Below are positions 37,514 to 46,534 of a DNA stretch of 64,000 nt, in pieces. The stretch is from Candidatus Latescibacterota bacterium. Lineage in GTDB: Bacteria > Latescibacterota > UBA2968 > GCA-2709665. The stretch spans positions 4,608,001 through 4,672,000 of the forward strand of contig OZ252100.1 of NCBI GenBank assembly GCA_965248435.1. The letters run 5' to 3'. A program made the translations under genes and the position numbers. Under the pieces are notes generated by a model that saw nothing but the letters and a program-made list of their open reading frames with translations, searched no databases and had not been told where the DNA came from. Each line of letters opens with the position of its first letter. Position 1 is the stretch's first letter.

Positions 37514-40270
37514 ATGAGCAAGTCACAGAAAAGCGGCGACACCGCGGACGGTAGCGACCACGACGAGGCCCTGGAGAAGTTCCTGGAGCGTGCGTCGGAG
37601 GAGATGGAGGGGTCAGGGGGTGGAGAGGTCGACCTGAGACGGCTTCCAGGGGAGCCGGGACACCGGCGGCTGAAGGTGATGGTGTCGGAGGACCGGATGG
37701 AAGCGCATCTGGAGGCCGTGTTTCCTGACACCAGGCTTGAGGAAGCGGCAGAGGCGCTGAGGCGGGAAGGGATCGTGCAGGGTATTCAGGAAGAGGTGCT
37801 GAAGGGGGCGCTTGAGCTTGCGGACCGGTCGGGCCGGCTGCACCGGGACGTGCTTGCGGCGAAAGGCCGGCCGGCCGTTTACAGGAAGCGCAAGGAAGTC
37901 AGCTATCCTTTCCTGGAGGAATTGAGGGACCTGAAGACCGGGGAAACGCTGCACCTGGCTTCCGCCCCCTTTCGTGAGGTCGAGGGGGTGATGGATAGCC
38001 CGAACATCGAAATGGTTCGGGGATACGGACACCCTGTGGCGGCGGCGATTTCCGGGGAAGTGCTGATGCTGGTGCGGGGAGAGGAAGAGATCGAACCCGG
38101 CGTGGACGTGTTCGGCAAAGAGATCCGGGAAGTGGTGGAAGACGAGCAGTCCATGATGAAGGCCGGTGAGAGGGTGGACGAAGACGAGAGCGGAACGCTG
38201 ATGTCTTTGTCCTTCGGGTATATCTCGGTGAGAAGGAGCCGGCTATCGACGCTCTCCCCGATCTGGATTTCTCAGGACCGGATGGAAGCCTACTTCGTCA
38301 ATCCCCCCCAAATAGGGGAGCGCAAGTGTCCGAGTCCGGAAGCGATCCTGAAGCTGCTGGAGGAGCAGGGCGTCTGTTTTGGAATCGACCGGAAGGTGAT
38401 CGATGAGATGTGCCGGGACCTGCAGCGAGGGAACCTACGGGAGTCGTGCGTTCGGGTGGCTGCGGGGAAGCGCCCCAATCTGAATAAGGGAGAGGTCGGG
38501 TTTACATTCGAGCCCGTTCCCCCGGCCCGGTTCGAGGCCGTGGTGGATGCGTTTCGGGCCCTGAGCCTGGAGGACGTGCTGGCGTGCTCGACGGAGGTGC
38601 AGGCCGTACACGCAGGGCAAGTGCTTGCCGAGCAGGCCGAAGGCGGAGGGGGACCTGAGCCCGGAAAGGACCTGTTCGGCGAAACCGTGGCACCACCCGA
38701 GACCACGCGGGACCGGAACGTATTCAAGGCGGGGGTCAACGTGCGGCGCGAGGTAGGGGAAGGGCACGTGCGCTTCATATCGGAGATTTACGGCTACGCC
38801 GGTGTGTTGAAGGACCAGATCCGGGTGGCATCGCCCATCTGGTTATCTCGGGACCGGATGGCAGCCCACTTCGTGGCGCTGTCCCAGCCCGAATCGGACA
38901 AACGTCCGACGGAACTGGAGATAGAGGCGCTGCTGGATCGGGCGCAGGTGCGGCACGGGGTGGATCGTGATGCAATCGCCGAGCTCTGCACGGTAGACGC
39001 AGAAGAGGAGACGCAGGAGGCGCGTTCGGTTTTGCTCGCTCGGGGCATGGCCCCCGAACCGGGGCAGGATGGGGTTGTGGAACTGCTTTACAAGCAGATG
39101 CCGGATCCCGGCAAGCTCCTGGAGGGGGGCAGGATGGATTTCAGAGAACGGGACACGGTGCCCCAGGTGAGCGTCGGGCAGCTCCTGGCGCGACGCGCGT
39201 TTCCCACGCCCGGCAATCCGGGGATGGATGTGAGGGGACGGGAAGTACCGCCGCCAAAGACCAGTCGAGGGTTGCTCTACGCAGGCGCGAATGTAGTGGC
39301 TGAAGAAAAGACCGGGGATGGGGGCAAAGAACAGCTTTTCTATGCCACAGGAGGAGGCTGGCCGCGCGTGGTAAAGGACACCCTGGCGGTGATGCAGCGA
39401 TTCCGCCAGAATGGCGATGTGGACTACCAGGTCGGCAACATCAAAATGGAAGGGGATGTGGAGATCGAGGGAACGGTGAAATCGCGGTTCACGGTGGAGG
39501 CCACCGGTGATGTGCTGATCGACGGAGCCGTGGAGCGGGGTGCCAGGGTGGTTGCGGGCGGGAACTTGGTAGTGCAAAGGGGTATCATCGGGGCACGGGT
39601 GAAGGCAGGGGGCAATCTCTATGCGCTGTTCATCCAGGACTCGGAGGTGACGGTTGGGGGCGACCTGCTGGTGCGGAAGTACTGCCAGAATTCGGAGGTT
39701 CAGGTCCAAGGAAAAGCTACGATACAGGGCGACCAGGGCGGCCAGCGTCAGCTCTGTCTGTTGGGGGGCACGCTGCTGGCGGCTCAGGAGATCGATGCGG
39801 CGTCCATCGGATCTTCCTACGGACGGGATACACGCGCAGTTGTCGGGGTGGACCCGGAAGTAGAAGCCAGGTTGGAGAAGTACAGTAAGGGGCTTTCGTT
39901 CTGCGACATCCGGATGCAGCGGGCGATGCGGACGCTTGAATCGCAGATCGGACCGCTGGACAGGAAAGGTGCAGTCGTGGGCGCCATCCAGAACGCTCGG
40001 CCGGGACAACGGGAATTCATGCGGACACAGTTGAAGGAGATCAGCGGCAACCAGAAGCTCAAAGTGAGCCTGGAGCACCACCTGGAGGACTTGAGAATCC
40101 AGCGCGTGGCGGCGGCCGCTCGGGCGCAGATCCGGGTTTCAGAGACGGCGTTTCAGCGGACCAACCTGCAGATCGGGCGGGTGTATCAGGCGCTTGACGA
40201 GAACATCCAGGGGGGGGTCTTCCAGTTGGATGAGGAACGCGAAAGAATCGTGTACAGAGGCCCGGGTTGA
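37514..40270 (+). CDS. FapA/DUF342 family protein with repeated N-terminal modules
   Basis: Three (V/I/L)S.DRM.A..GV..GID modules; MDFRE, PG.PGMDVRG, GDVDYQVGNI..GDVEI.G.V beta-helix, VGVDP. Confidence 0.85.
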   Translation: MSKSQKSGDTADGSDHDEALEKFLERASEEMEGSGGGEVDLRRLPGEPGHRRLKVMVSEDRMEAHLEAVFPDTRLEEAAEALRREGIVQGIQEEVLKGALELADRSGRLHRDVLAAKGRPAVYRKRKEVSYPFLEELRDLKTGETLHLASAPFREVEGVMDSPNIEMVRGYGHPVAAAISGEVLMLVRGEEEIEPGVDVFGKEIREVVEDEQSMMKAGERVDEDESGTLMSLSFGYISVRRSRLSTLSPIWISQDRMEAYFVNPPQIGERKCPSPEAILKLLEEQGVCFGIDRKVIDEMCRDLQRGNLRESCVRVAAGKRPNLNKGEVGFTFEPVPPARFEAVVDAFRALSLEDVLACSTEVQAVHAGQVLAEQAEGGGGPEPGKDLFGETVAPPETTRDRNVFKAGVNVRREVGEGHVRFISEIYGYAGVLKDQIRVASPIWLSRDRMAAHFVALSQPESDKRPTELEIEALLDRAQVRHGVDRDAIAELCTVDAEEETQEARSVLLARGMAPEPGQDGVVELLYKQMPDPGKLLEGGRMDFRERDTVPQVSVGQLLARRAFPTPGNPGMDVRGREVPPPKTSRGLLYAGANVVAEEKTGDGGKEQLFYATGGGWPRVVKDTLAVMQRFRQNGDVDYQVGNIKMEGDVEIEGTVKSRFTVEATGDVLIDGAVERGARVVAGGNLVVQRGIIGARVKAGGNLYALFIQDSEVTVGGDLLVRKYCQNSEVQVQGKATIQGDQGGQRQLCLLGGTLLAAQEIDAASIGSSYGRDTRAVVGVDPEVEARLEKYSKGLSFCDIRMQRAMRTLESQIGPLDRKGAVVGAIQNARPGQREFMRTQLKEISGNQKLKVSLEHHLEDLRIQRVAAAARAQIRVSETAFQRTNLQIGRVYQALDENIQGGVFQLDEERERIVYRGPG

Positions 40271-40290
40271 GAGGCAAGGAGGCCGGTGCT

Positions 40291-41430
40291 ATGGACGAGC
40301 TGAACAGAGGTCTGCTGATCCTCATCGTAGACGACACCCCCAGGAACCTCCAGGTGCTGGGAACTATGCTGAGAAAGGAAGGCTACAGCATTATTCTTGC
40401 TCAAAACGGGCTTCAGGCTCTGGAAGCCACTGAGAAAGCGCCTCCGGACCTGATCCTGCTGGACGTGATGATGCCGGAACTGGACGGGTTCGAGACGTGC
40501 AAACGGCTCAAGGAGAACCCGGCAACCCGGGAGATTCCCGTCATCTTCCTGACGGCGAGAATCGAAACAGAAGACATCGTCAAAGGGTTCGAACTGGGGG
40601 CGGTGGATTACGTGACCAAGCCGTTCAACGCCACGGAACTGCTGGTGAGGGTCGGTTCCCATCTGGCGCGAATCCTGTTGCAGCGGGCGCTTGCGGAGCG
40701 TATGGAGGAGATCGCACGGATGAAAAGGGAGCACGAAGCCTTCCTGCGCCACGAGCTTAAGAACCGAATTACGCCCATTCTAGGCTATTCAGAACAGCTC
40801 TCACAGTTGGGTGGGGACAAGCTGAGCGATTACGAGCAGGAATGGTTGGCCGCCATCTTTGAGGGTGCCAAGAACGTGGTAGGGCTTATCAACGCGATGA
40901 AGCAGTTGCAGGACTTCGAAGCGGGCAAGTTCCAGCTTAATAAACGCCGCATCGGGCTGGGGATGCTTGTCAAACAGGTCATCGCAGACCTGAAGACTGT
41001 GTATGGGAACCTGGTGGAGATCTGCTGCGAGGATAAGCTGACGAATGAATCTGTGGAGGCAGATGAGAACCTTCTGATCGGGGTGTTTCAGAATCTAGTC
41101 AAGAATGGTGTCGAACACATTATGGAACAGGAAGACGACACAGAACGACGGACGGACGTTCGGCTTTACAATGAGAACGGGTATGTCGTCGTGGAGGTCA
41201 ACAACGGCGGGGAACCCATCCCTGCCGAGAGATTGGGGTCGTTCTTTGAGAAGTTCAACACGGATAAGAAAGGGAAACACGGAACGGGGCTTGGGACAAC
41301 GTATGCCTATCTCGTGACCAGGGCCCACGTCGGCGAGATTTCGGTGACATCCAACGAAGCAGACGGCACCACGGTGACGGTAAGACTGCCACAGGCTCGC
41401 GGAGGAGAGGATGCAGGAGGCGCGATATGA
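40291..41430 (+). CDS. REC-histidine kinase
   Basis: REC nearly identical to that of 36455; LRHELKN, NLVKNG.EH, NNGG, GTGLG. Confidence 0.88.
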   Translation: MDELNRGLLILIVDDTPRNLQVLGTMLRKEGYSIILAQNGLQALEATEKAPPDLILLDVMMPELDGFETCKRLKENPATREIPVIFLTARIETEDIVKGFELGAVDYVTKPFNATELLVRVGSHLARILLQRALAERMEEIARMKREHEAFLRHELKNRITPILGYSEQLSQLGGDKLSDYEQEWLAAIFEGAKNVVGLINAMKQLQDFEAGKFQLNKRRIGLGMLVKQVIADLKTVYGNLVEICCEDKLTNESVEADENLLIGVFQNLVKNGVEHIMEQEDDTERRTDVRLYNENGYVVVEVNNGGEPIPAERLGSFFEKFNTDKKGKHGTGLGTTYAYLVTRAHVGEISVTSNEADGTTVTVRLPQARGGEDAGGAI

Positions 41431-41467
41431 GGCGGAGCAGCAAAGACAGCGTTTCTTCCGCACGAGT

Positions 41468-41559
41468 GGGCGATTGATACAAACACTCGGCTTCCATCGC
41501 CAGCGTATCGTAATCGCATAAGCAGGAGGTCACGGGTTCGAGTCCAGTATCGCCCACCA
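41468..41559 (+). pseudogene. tRNA-Val-like relic (att fragment)
   Basis: AGCAGGAGGTCACGGGTTCGAGTCCAGTATCGCCCACCA resembles a tRNA-Val(UAC) 3' half; GGGCGAT acceptor complement at 41468; no proper D or anticodon arm. Confidence 0.6.
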
Positions 41560-41874
41560 GTCAATGAAATCATGGCAAAGCTCTGTAATTAGGGCTTTGC
41601 CTTTTCTGTTGCGGGGGAATCAATCTGAAGGAAGCTTTGACTGGACAGACTGTCCTCCCAAAGTTCAGCTCTGGGTCTCCATAAAGTCTCCATCGAAATG
41701 TACAAACCGGTTGTATTGCATTTTCCTTGATTTAATTTCATTAAAGTCATATCCTTTTGGGCATCAGCGAGTTGTGGATAAACTTGTTGCAGCCCAATGA
41801 GTTACATAATCCTTCAGAGTGGATTTGTAATCCGTAGGTTGGGGGTTCGAGTCCCCTGGGCGGCTTTAAAACAC

Positions 41875-42919
41875 GTGGATCGTGGATCGTCGCTCGTCGT
41901 TCGCAAGCAGAAGTCAGTTCACCGCTTGGACCTTGCCCGGGAGTGGGCTCAGACGGTTAAAGCGGATGCCCTTCGCGGCGAGATTCGCGGAAAGAAGAAG
42001 CTGGAGCCCATACCGTTTGGCACATTCGCTGATGAATACCTGAAGGTCTGGGGTCTTAAGCGGAAACCAAGCACTGTTGAACGAGAGAAGACCCGCATTG
42101 ATGGAATCCTAAAACCATATTTTGGACAGAAACCCATTCAAACCATTTCTCGCAAGGACATTGACCTCTATATTGCTAAACGGCTGAGCGGCGAATTTCG
42201 CATACGGCTCTCCGGAGGTATCTCCAAAGCTACCGCGAACAGAGAACTTTGTCGTTTGAAGAACATGCTTCAGAAAGCTGTCGAATGGGGATACCTACCG
42301 AGTAATCCAGCTGAAGGGGTCAAGCAGGAACCAGAGAAAGTTGAGGAAGCTGACTTTCTAAGTAGTAGCCAGCCTGTTGGAGGCCTGTGACGAAAATATT
42401 CAAGCCCTGGTGGTAGCAGCTGTTAATACAGGCATGAGATGGGGAGAGTTAATGGCGCTCGAATGGAGGGATATTGACTTTGAGCGGACGCTGATAACTG
42501 TGCGGGATTCCAAGAACAATGAGACACGTTATGTACGAATGAATACGGCTGTCAGCCAAACCCTGGAATCTCATCAGCGAAATCAGGCACAGAAGGCCGG
42601 CGGCATTGTTCCGATTGTCTTCGCAAACCCGGATACTGGCAAGCCCTATCGGGACATCCGCGGGCCTTTTTACAGAGCTCTGCGCAAGGCTGGAATTGCT
42701 CGACACTTTTCTTTTCACGGTCTTCGGCACACAGCCGCCAGTCATCTAGTCATGGCAGGTGTTGATCTCCGAGCAGTAGGGAAGATCCTTGGGCACAAGA
42801 CCGCACAGATTACCCTTCGATACGCCCATCTTGGTCATGACTATCTGAAGGGGGCAGTTGACAGGCTCGATTTCTCACCCGCAAGATTCGAAGCAAATCG
42901 TGCGGATAAAAGCCTATAA
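41875..42919 (+). pseudogene. frameshifted tyrosine integrase (copy 2)
   Basis: Net 8-bp deletion near 42362 relative to copy 1 splits it into ORFs 41797-42390 and 42377-42919; FHGLRH intact. Confidence 0.9.
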
Positions 42920-42990
42920 AGACTCCAGGGATTTTCGTTCGAAAGAATCAGGGCCTTCACTCTTTTGTGAAGGCCCTACTTGTATGTCCC

Positions 42991-43027
42991 TCTAAGCGGG
43001 TGGAAAGCATGACCTCATGAATGCCAT
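42991..43027 (-). pseudogene. degenerate tRNA-Ala(GGC) 3' fragment (att relic)
   Basis: Reverse complement ATGGCATTCATGAGGTCATGCTTTCCACCCGCTTAG resembles the tRNA-Ala(GGC) anticodon-to-T-arm region; a shorter version at ~17239-17261. Confidence 0.5.
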
Positions 43028-43451
43028 TTATATTCAGGCTTTTCAGGTTATTTCGTCTAGTTTCATAAGCGTTTGTGCTGTATAGACAAAGGCCGAGGAC
43101 ATTTGTATATTGATTCGTGGTATTTCGGCCGGTTTTGGCTTGGCTTGTTAGAAAATTGTTAGAAAACCCCGTGCTGGTTCTATAGGTAGCATTCACGAAC
43201 AGGTTCAGATTATTTCCCTGTGGGGTGGATTCTGCGAAGTTCGTGATATACCCCGCTTCAGCCAATATTGCGAACTGGTTCGCTAATGCAGTAGTTGAAC
43301 TAAACCGCTTCGCGGTGGCCTGCTGCAAGGCCTTTGCTCTTTGACAACCAGGATATGATACCGTGCAAGTCCGGAGCCACTTTGCAAATGGCTCTGTGCT
43401 TTGCATCCTCCTTCTGCTAACAACGTCCACCATCAGCAGAAGGAGAGAGCC

Positions 43452-44303
43452 ATGACCAAGCATCGGAAGCGAATGATCCGGGACATGCAGTTGAAAGGTT
43501 TAGATCCGGATACGCAGAAGGCGTACGTGAGCGGAGTGGCCGGGCTGTGTCGTTACTGCAAGACACCGCCCGACCGGCTCAGCGAAGAAGAGATCCGCGC
43601 CTATCTGCACTATCTGATCACTGAGCGGAAGCTGTCCCAAAGCTATGTCAACCAGGTATACAGCGGGCTGAAGTTTCTGTTCCAAACGACGTTGAAGCGT
43701 GACTGGGTCGAGTGGGGCATCCCTCGTGCGAAGAAGGCAAAGAAGCTCCCGGTGGTACTCTCCACAGAGGAAGTGCAGCGGCTGATCGACAGGACCAACA
43801 ACCTGAAACACCGTACGCTGCTGATGGTCATTTACTCTGGCGGGCTCAGACTGAGTGAGGCCATCGGGCTAAAGCTTTCCGATATCGACAGTGACCGGAT
43901 GCTGATCCGTGTGCGGGGCAAAGGCCAAAAAGAGCGAGAGACGCTTCTGGCCCAGGAGGCCTTAAAGGCACTCCGCGTCTATTGGCGCACCAACCCGTCT
44001 CGCGATTGGCTGTTCCCCGGCGAAAGACCGGACGCGCCGCTCCATGCTCGCACTGTCCAGAAAGTCTTCGAGCAGGCCTGCCGACGCGCGGAGATACAAA
44101 AGCGTGCGAGTGTCCACTCGCTGCGTCACAGCTTCGCCACGCATCTTCTGGACAACGGAGTCGACATCCGCTTCGTCCAACAACTGTTGGGTCACACGAG
44201 CATTCGAACCACCACCGTCTACCTCCACGTCACCACCCGGGACCTCACGCGTATCAGAAGCCCCCTGGACCTTTTGGGAGATGAAGACAAGCCGACTTCG
44301 TAG
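43452..44303 (+). CDS. IS91-associated tyrosine recombinase (SAM_4 N-domain)
   Basis: AAGGAG RBS; T..AY..V, KKLPVVLS.EEV, GLRLSE, GKGQKER, HSLRHSFATHLL, LGH, TTVYLH; all catalytic residues present. Confidence 0.92.
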   Translation: MTKHRKRMIRDMQLKGLDPDTQKAYVSGVAGLCRYCKTPPDRLSEEEIRAYLHYLITERKLSQSYVNQVYSGLKFLFQTTLKRDWVEWGIPRAKKAKKLPVVLSTEEVQRLIDRTNNLKHRTLLMVIYSGGLRLSEAIGLKLSDIDSDRMLIRVRGKGQKERETLLAQEALKALRVYWRTNPSRDWLFPGERPDAPLHARTVQKVFEQACRRAEIQKRASVHSLRHSFATHLLDNGVDIRFVQQLLGHTSIRTTTVYLHVTTRDLTRIRSPLDLLGDEDKPTS

Positions 44304-44315
44304 CGGAGGTCGGCC

Positions 44316-45500
44316 ATGTCACAGGCTCTCGAAGTCGCCGACATCTTCCGGGCCCACGGAGACAGCTATCAAGTAGAATACGGTGATCACATGCCGCTTC
44401 GGCAGAAGCGGGCCATGCGGGCTATCCAGATCTGCCGAACAGCTGCGCTGGGCGGACACGTGGAAGTGTGCGGACACTGCGGAGCGAAGCGGATCGCCTA
44501 CAACTCCTGCCGCAACCGGCACTGTACGAAGTGCCAGTTCCTGACGACCGAACGATGGATCGACGCTCGTAAAGAGGATCTCCTTCCGATCCCATACTTC
44601 CACGTCGTCTTCACGTTGCCCGAGCCCCTGCGGCCGCTTGCTCTGCGGAACCAGAAGCTGATCTACAACCTGGTGTTTAAAGCCGCATCGCAGAGTCTTC
44701 TGGAGCTGGCGCGGGAACGGAAGTATCTTGGAGCGCAGATCGGCTTTACCGCCGTGCTTCATACATGGTCTCAGACACTCATCGACCACCCGCATCTGCA
44801 CTGTATCGTAACTGGAGGTGGGCTGACCCACGACGGTCAGGAATGGAAGGCGGCGCGACGGGGCTTCTTTCTACCCGTAAAAGTTCTGTCCCGACTGTTC
44901 CGGGGGAAGTTCCTTGCGTTCCTGAAGGACGCGCACCAGGAAGGCCTTCTGGCGTTCCCGGGATTGAGTGCTCCACTGGAAGATGCGTTCTTCGATCTGC
45001 TTCGGGGTCTTTACCAGAGAGAATGGACCGTTTACGTCAAGCCGACTTTTGCGGATCCAGAACGCGTCGTGGCCTATCTGGGACGATACACACACCGGAT
45101 CGCCATCTCCAACCACCGGCTGGTCGCCTGTGAGGGCGACCGGGTCTCATTCCACTACCGGGACCGCCAGGACGGCAACCGACGGAAGCTGATGACCGTC
45201 GATGCCTACGAGTTCATCCGGCGGTTCCTGCTTCACATCCTGCCGGATGGCTTCGTGAAGATCCGGCACTACGGACTGCTCAGCAATCGGGGTCGCCGGA
45301 AAAAGCTCGCACGATGCCGTAGGCTCCTGGGCACTGTATGCACGACGGCTTCCGCAGCCACAAAGGCGACCTGGCAGGACCTTCTGCTCCGGGTAACAGG
45401 CATCGATCTTCAGGTCTGTGCGCAGTGCGGAGGCCCTATGCTCACAGTCGGAACCCTCGCGCCTCTGCGAGCGCCTCCGGCACATGTTGCCGTAGCTTGA
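44316..45500 (+). CDS. IS91 family (HUH Y2) transposase
   Basis: CGHCG..YNSCRNRHC.KCQ Zn domain, FHVVFTLP, HTW..HPHLH, YLGRY, FIRRFLLH.LP.GF.KIRHYG. Confidence 0.95.
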   Translation: MSQALEVADIFRAHGDSYQVEYGDHMPLRQKRAMRAIQICRTAALGGHVEVCGHCGAKRIAYNSCRNRHCTKCQFLTTERWIDARKEDLLPIPYFHVVFTLPEPLRPLALRNQKLIYNLVFKAASQSLLELARERKYLGAQIGFTAVLHTWSQTLIDHPHLHCIVTGGGLTHDGQEWKAARRGFFLPVKVLSRLFRGKFLAFLKDAHQEGLLAFPGLSAPLEDAFFDLLRGLYQREWTVYVKPTFADPERVVAYLGRYTHRIAISNHRLVACEGDRVSFHYRDRQDGNRRKLMTVDAYEFIRRFLLHILPDGFVKIRHYGLLSNRGRRKKLARCRRLLGTVCTTASAATKATWQDLLLRVTGIDLQVCAQCGGPMLTVGTLAPLRAPPAHVAVA

Positions 45501-45705
45501 GCTCCTACACCATCCCTTGCCCGCAAGCCCAACCACCCAACACGGCAGTAGTCTGTCCACTCTTTGAGCTTGGTAGAGCGACTATGGGATCCTGCGACAT
45601 CGGCCCCTCCAAACAGCTTCAAATACGGTCCGATGACTGGGCCAGCCCAGCGGTCCTTACACAAGAATCACTCATCCAATCCCCATAGGCAGGTGAAGCG
45701 GCTTC

Positions 45706-45780
45706 GTTCAACACCGTGTATCCGGAATCCCGCTCCCATCCACGCTTCTCCGACTCCGGATACACGCTTAATCGTTATAC
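45706..45780 (+). other. attC-like recombination site 1
   Basis: R'' GTTCAAC (45706-12), stem CGTGTATCCGGA/TCCGGATACACG, R' GTTATAC (45774-80). Confidence 0.7.
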
Positions 45781-45814
45781 GGCATTGGCCGGGGAATGAA
45801 TCCAGTAACCACCA

Positions 45815-46375
45815 ATGGCAGAGCAACCTAACCTAGAAACCGACAGACTTCTCCTTCGTCCATTTGTGGAGAAAGATGCGCCGAGAGTCCACAAACTCGC
45901 GGGCGATCGGGAGATCGCAGCCACCACTCTCAACATCCCACATCCATACGAAGCGGGAGACGCGGAGAAGTGGATCTCAACCCATAGGAAGGCCTTCGAT
46001 TCCGGAAATGAAGTGATCTTCGCGGTAACCCTCAAGTTAGATGGATTGCTCATTGGCGCGATCGGGCTTGTAATCAGCCGACCACATGACAGAGGGGAGA
46101 TGGGATACTGGATCGGCAAGGAATACTGGGGAAGCGGTTACTGCACAGAAGCTGCGAAGGCTGTTTTGCACTACGGTTTTGACGAACTCGGGTTGAACAA
46201 GATTCACGCGAGGCACATGGACACCAATCCGGCCTCTGGGCGAGTCCTAGAGAAGATCGGTATGGGCTACGAGGGGTGTTTGAAGCAACATTACAAGAAG
46301 TGGGATGCCTTCGGTGATTACCACGTTTACGGAATCCTGCGAGACGAATACCAACAGCAAAGAACAAAATCATAG
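45815..46375 (+). CDS. RimJ/RimL-type GNAT acetyltransferase (gene cassette)
   Basis: LETDRLLLRPF, EMGYWIGKEYWGSGY.TEA, N.ASGRVLEKIGM..EG. Confidence 0.92.
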   Translation: MAEQPNLETDRLLLRPFVEKDAPRVHKLAGDREIAATTLNIPHPYEAGDAEKWISTHRKAFDSGNEVIFAVTLKLDGLLIGAIGLVISRPHDRGEMGYWIGKEYWGSGYCTEAAKAVLHYGFDELGLNKIHARHMDTNPASGRVLEKIGMGYEGCLKQHYKKWDAFGDYHVYGILRDEYQQQRTKS

Positions 46376-46390
46376 AACCTGGCCAACGCC

Positions 46391-46534
46391 GTATAACACG
46401 CCGGGCTGCGGCTCCGGCGCATTCGCGCCTCCGCCTAACCTGCCTATCGCTGTCACGCCGCTTGCTTTATCAAAACCGTGGGGGGCAAGCGCCGCGCCAG
46501 CTTGGCAGGTTCGCAGCCCGCGAGACCGTTAAGC
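46391..46534 (+). other. attC site 2
   Basis: R'' GTATAAC 15 bp after the GNAT stop; stems CGGGCTGCG/CGCAGCCCG, AACCTGCC/GGCAGGTT, GCTTGC/GCAAGC; R' GTTAAGC. Confidence 0.8.

Larger units (their letters stand above)
16060..41864. mobile_element. tRNA-Thr-integrated genomic island (~26 kb) with signalling cargo
   Basis: tRNA 3' half GGATTTGTAATCCG...GGGCGGC repeated at 41821-41864; adjacent integrase; relic mobile genes and internal GC shifts. Confidence 0.85.
41821..43260 (+). repeat. ~1.44-kb direct repeat, right copy (starts with the tRNA-Thr 3' half, attR)
   Basis: Aligns with 16060-17493. Confidence 0.95.
43261..45712 (+). mobile_element. tyrosine recombinase + IS91-family rolling-circle element
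   Basis: Begins where the direct-repeat homology stops; two-gene cassette; ends in GCGGCTTCGTTCAAC. Confidence 0.8.

Noticed and set aside
41468-41559. Functional tRNA with CAT anticodon
   Set aside because: No D-arm or paired anticodon stem, and a T-stem mismatch
42957-43463. 168-aa minus-strand ORF (and 17223-17429)
   Set aside because: Spans att-arm DNA and the tRNA-Ala relic; the two repeat copies differ by a frame-disrupting indel
43452-44303. Canonical integron integrase IntI
   Set aside because: Only 283 aa, the IntI-specific insertion is not evident, and it is co-oriented and coupled with an IS91 transposase
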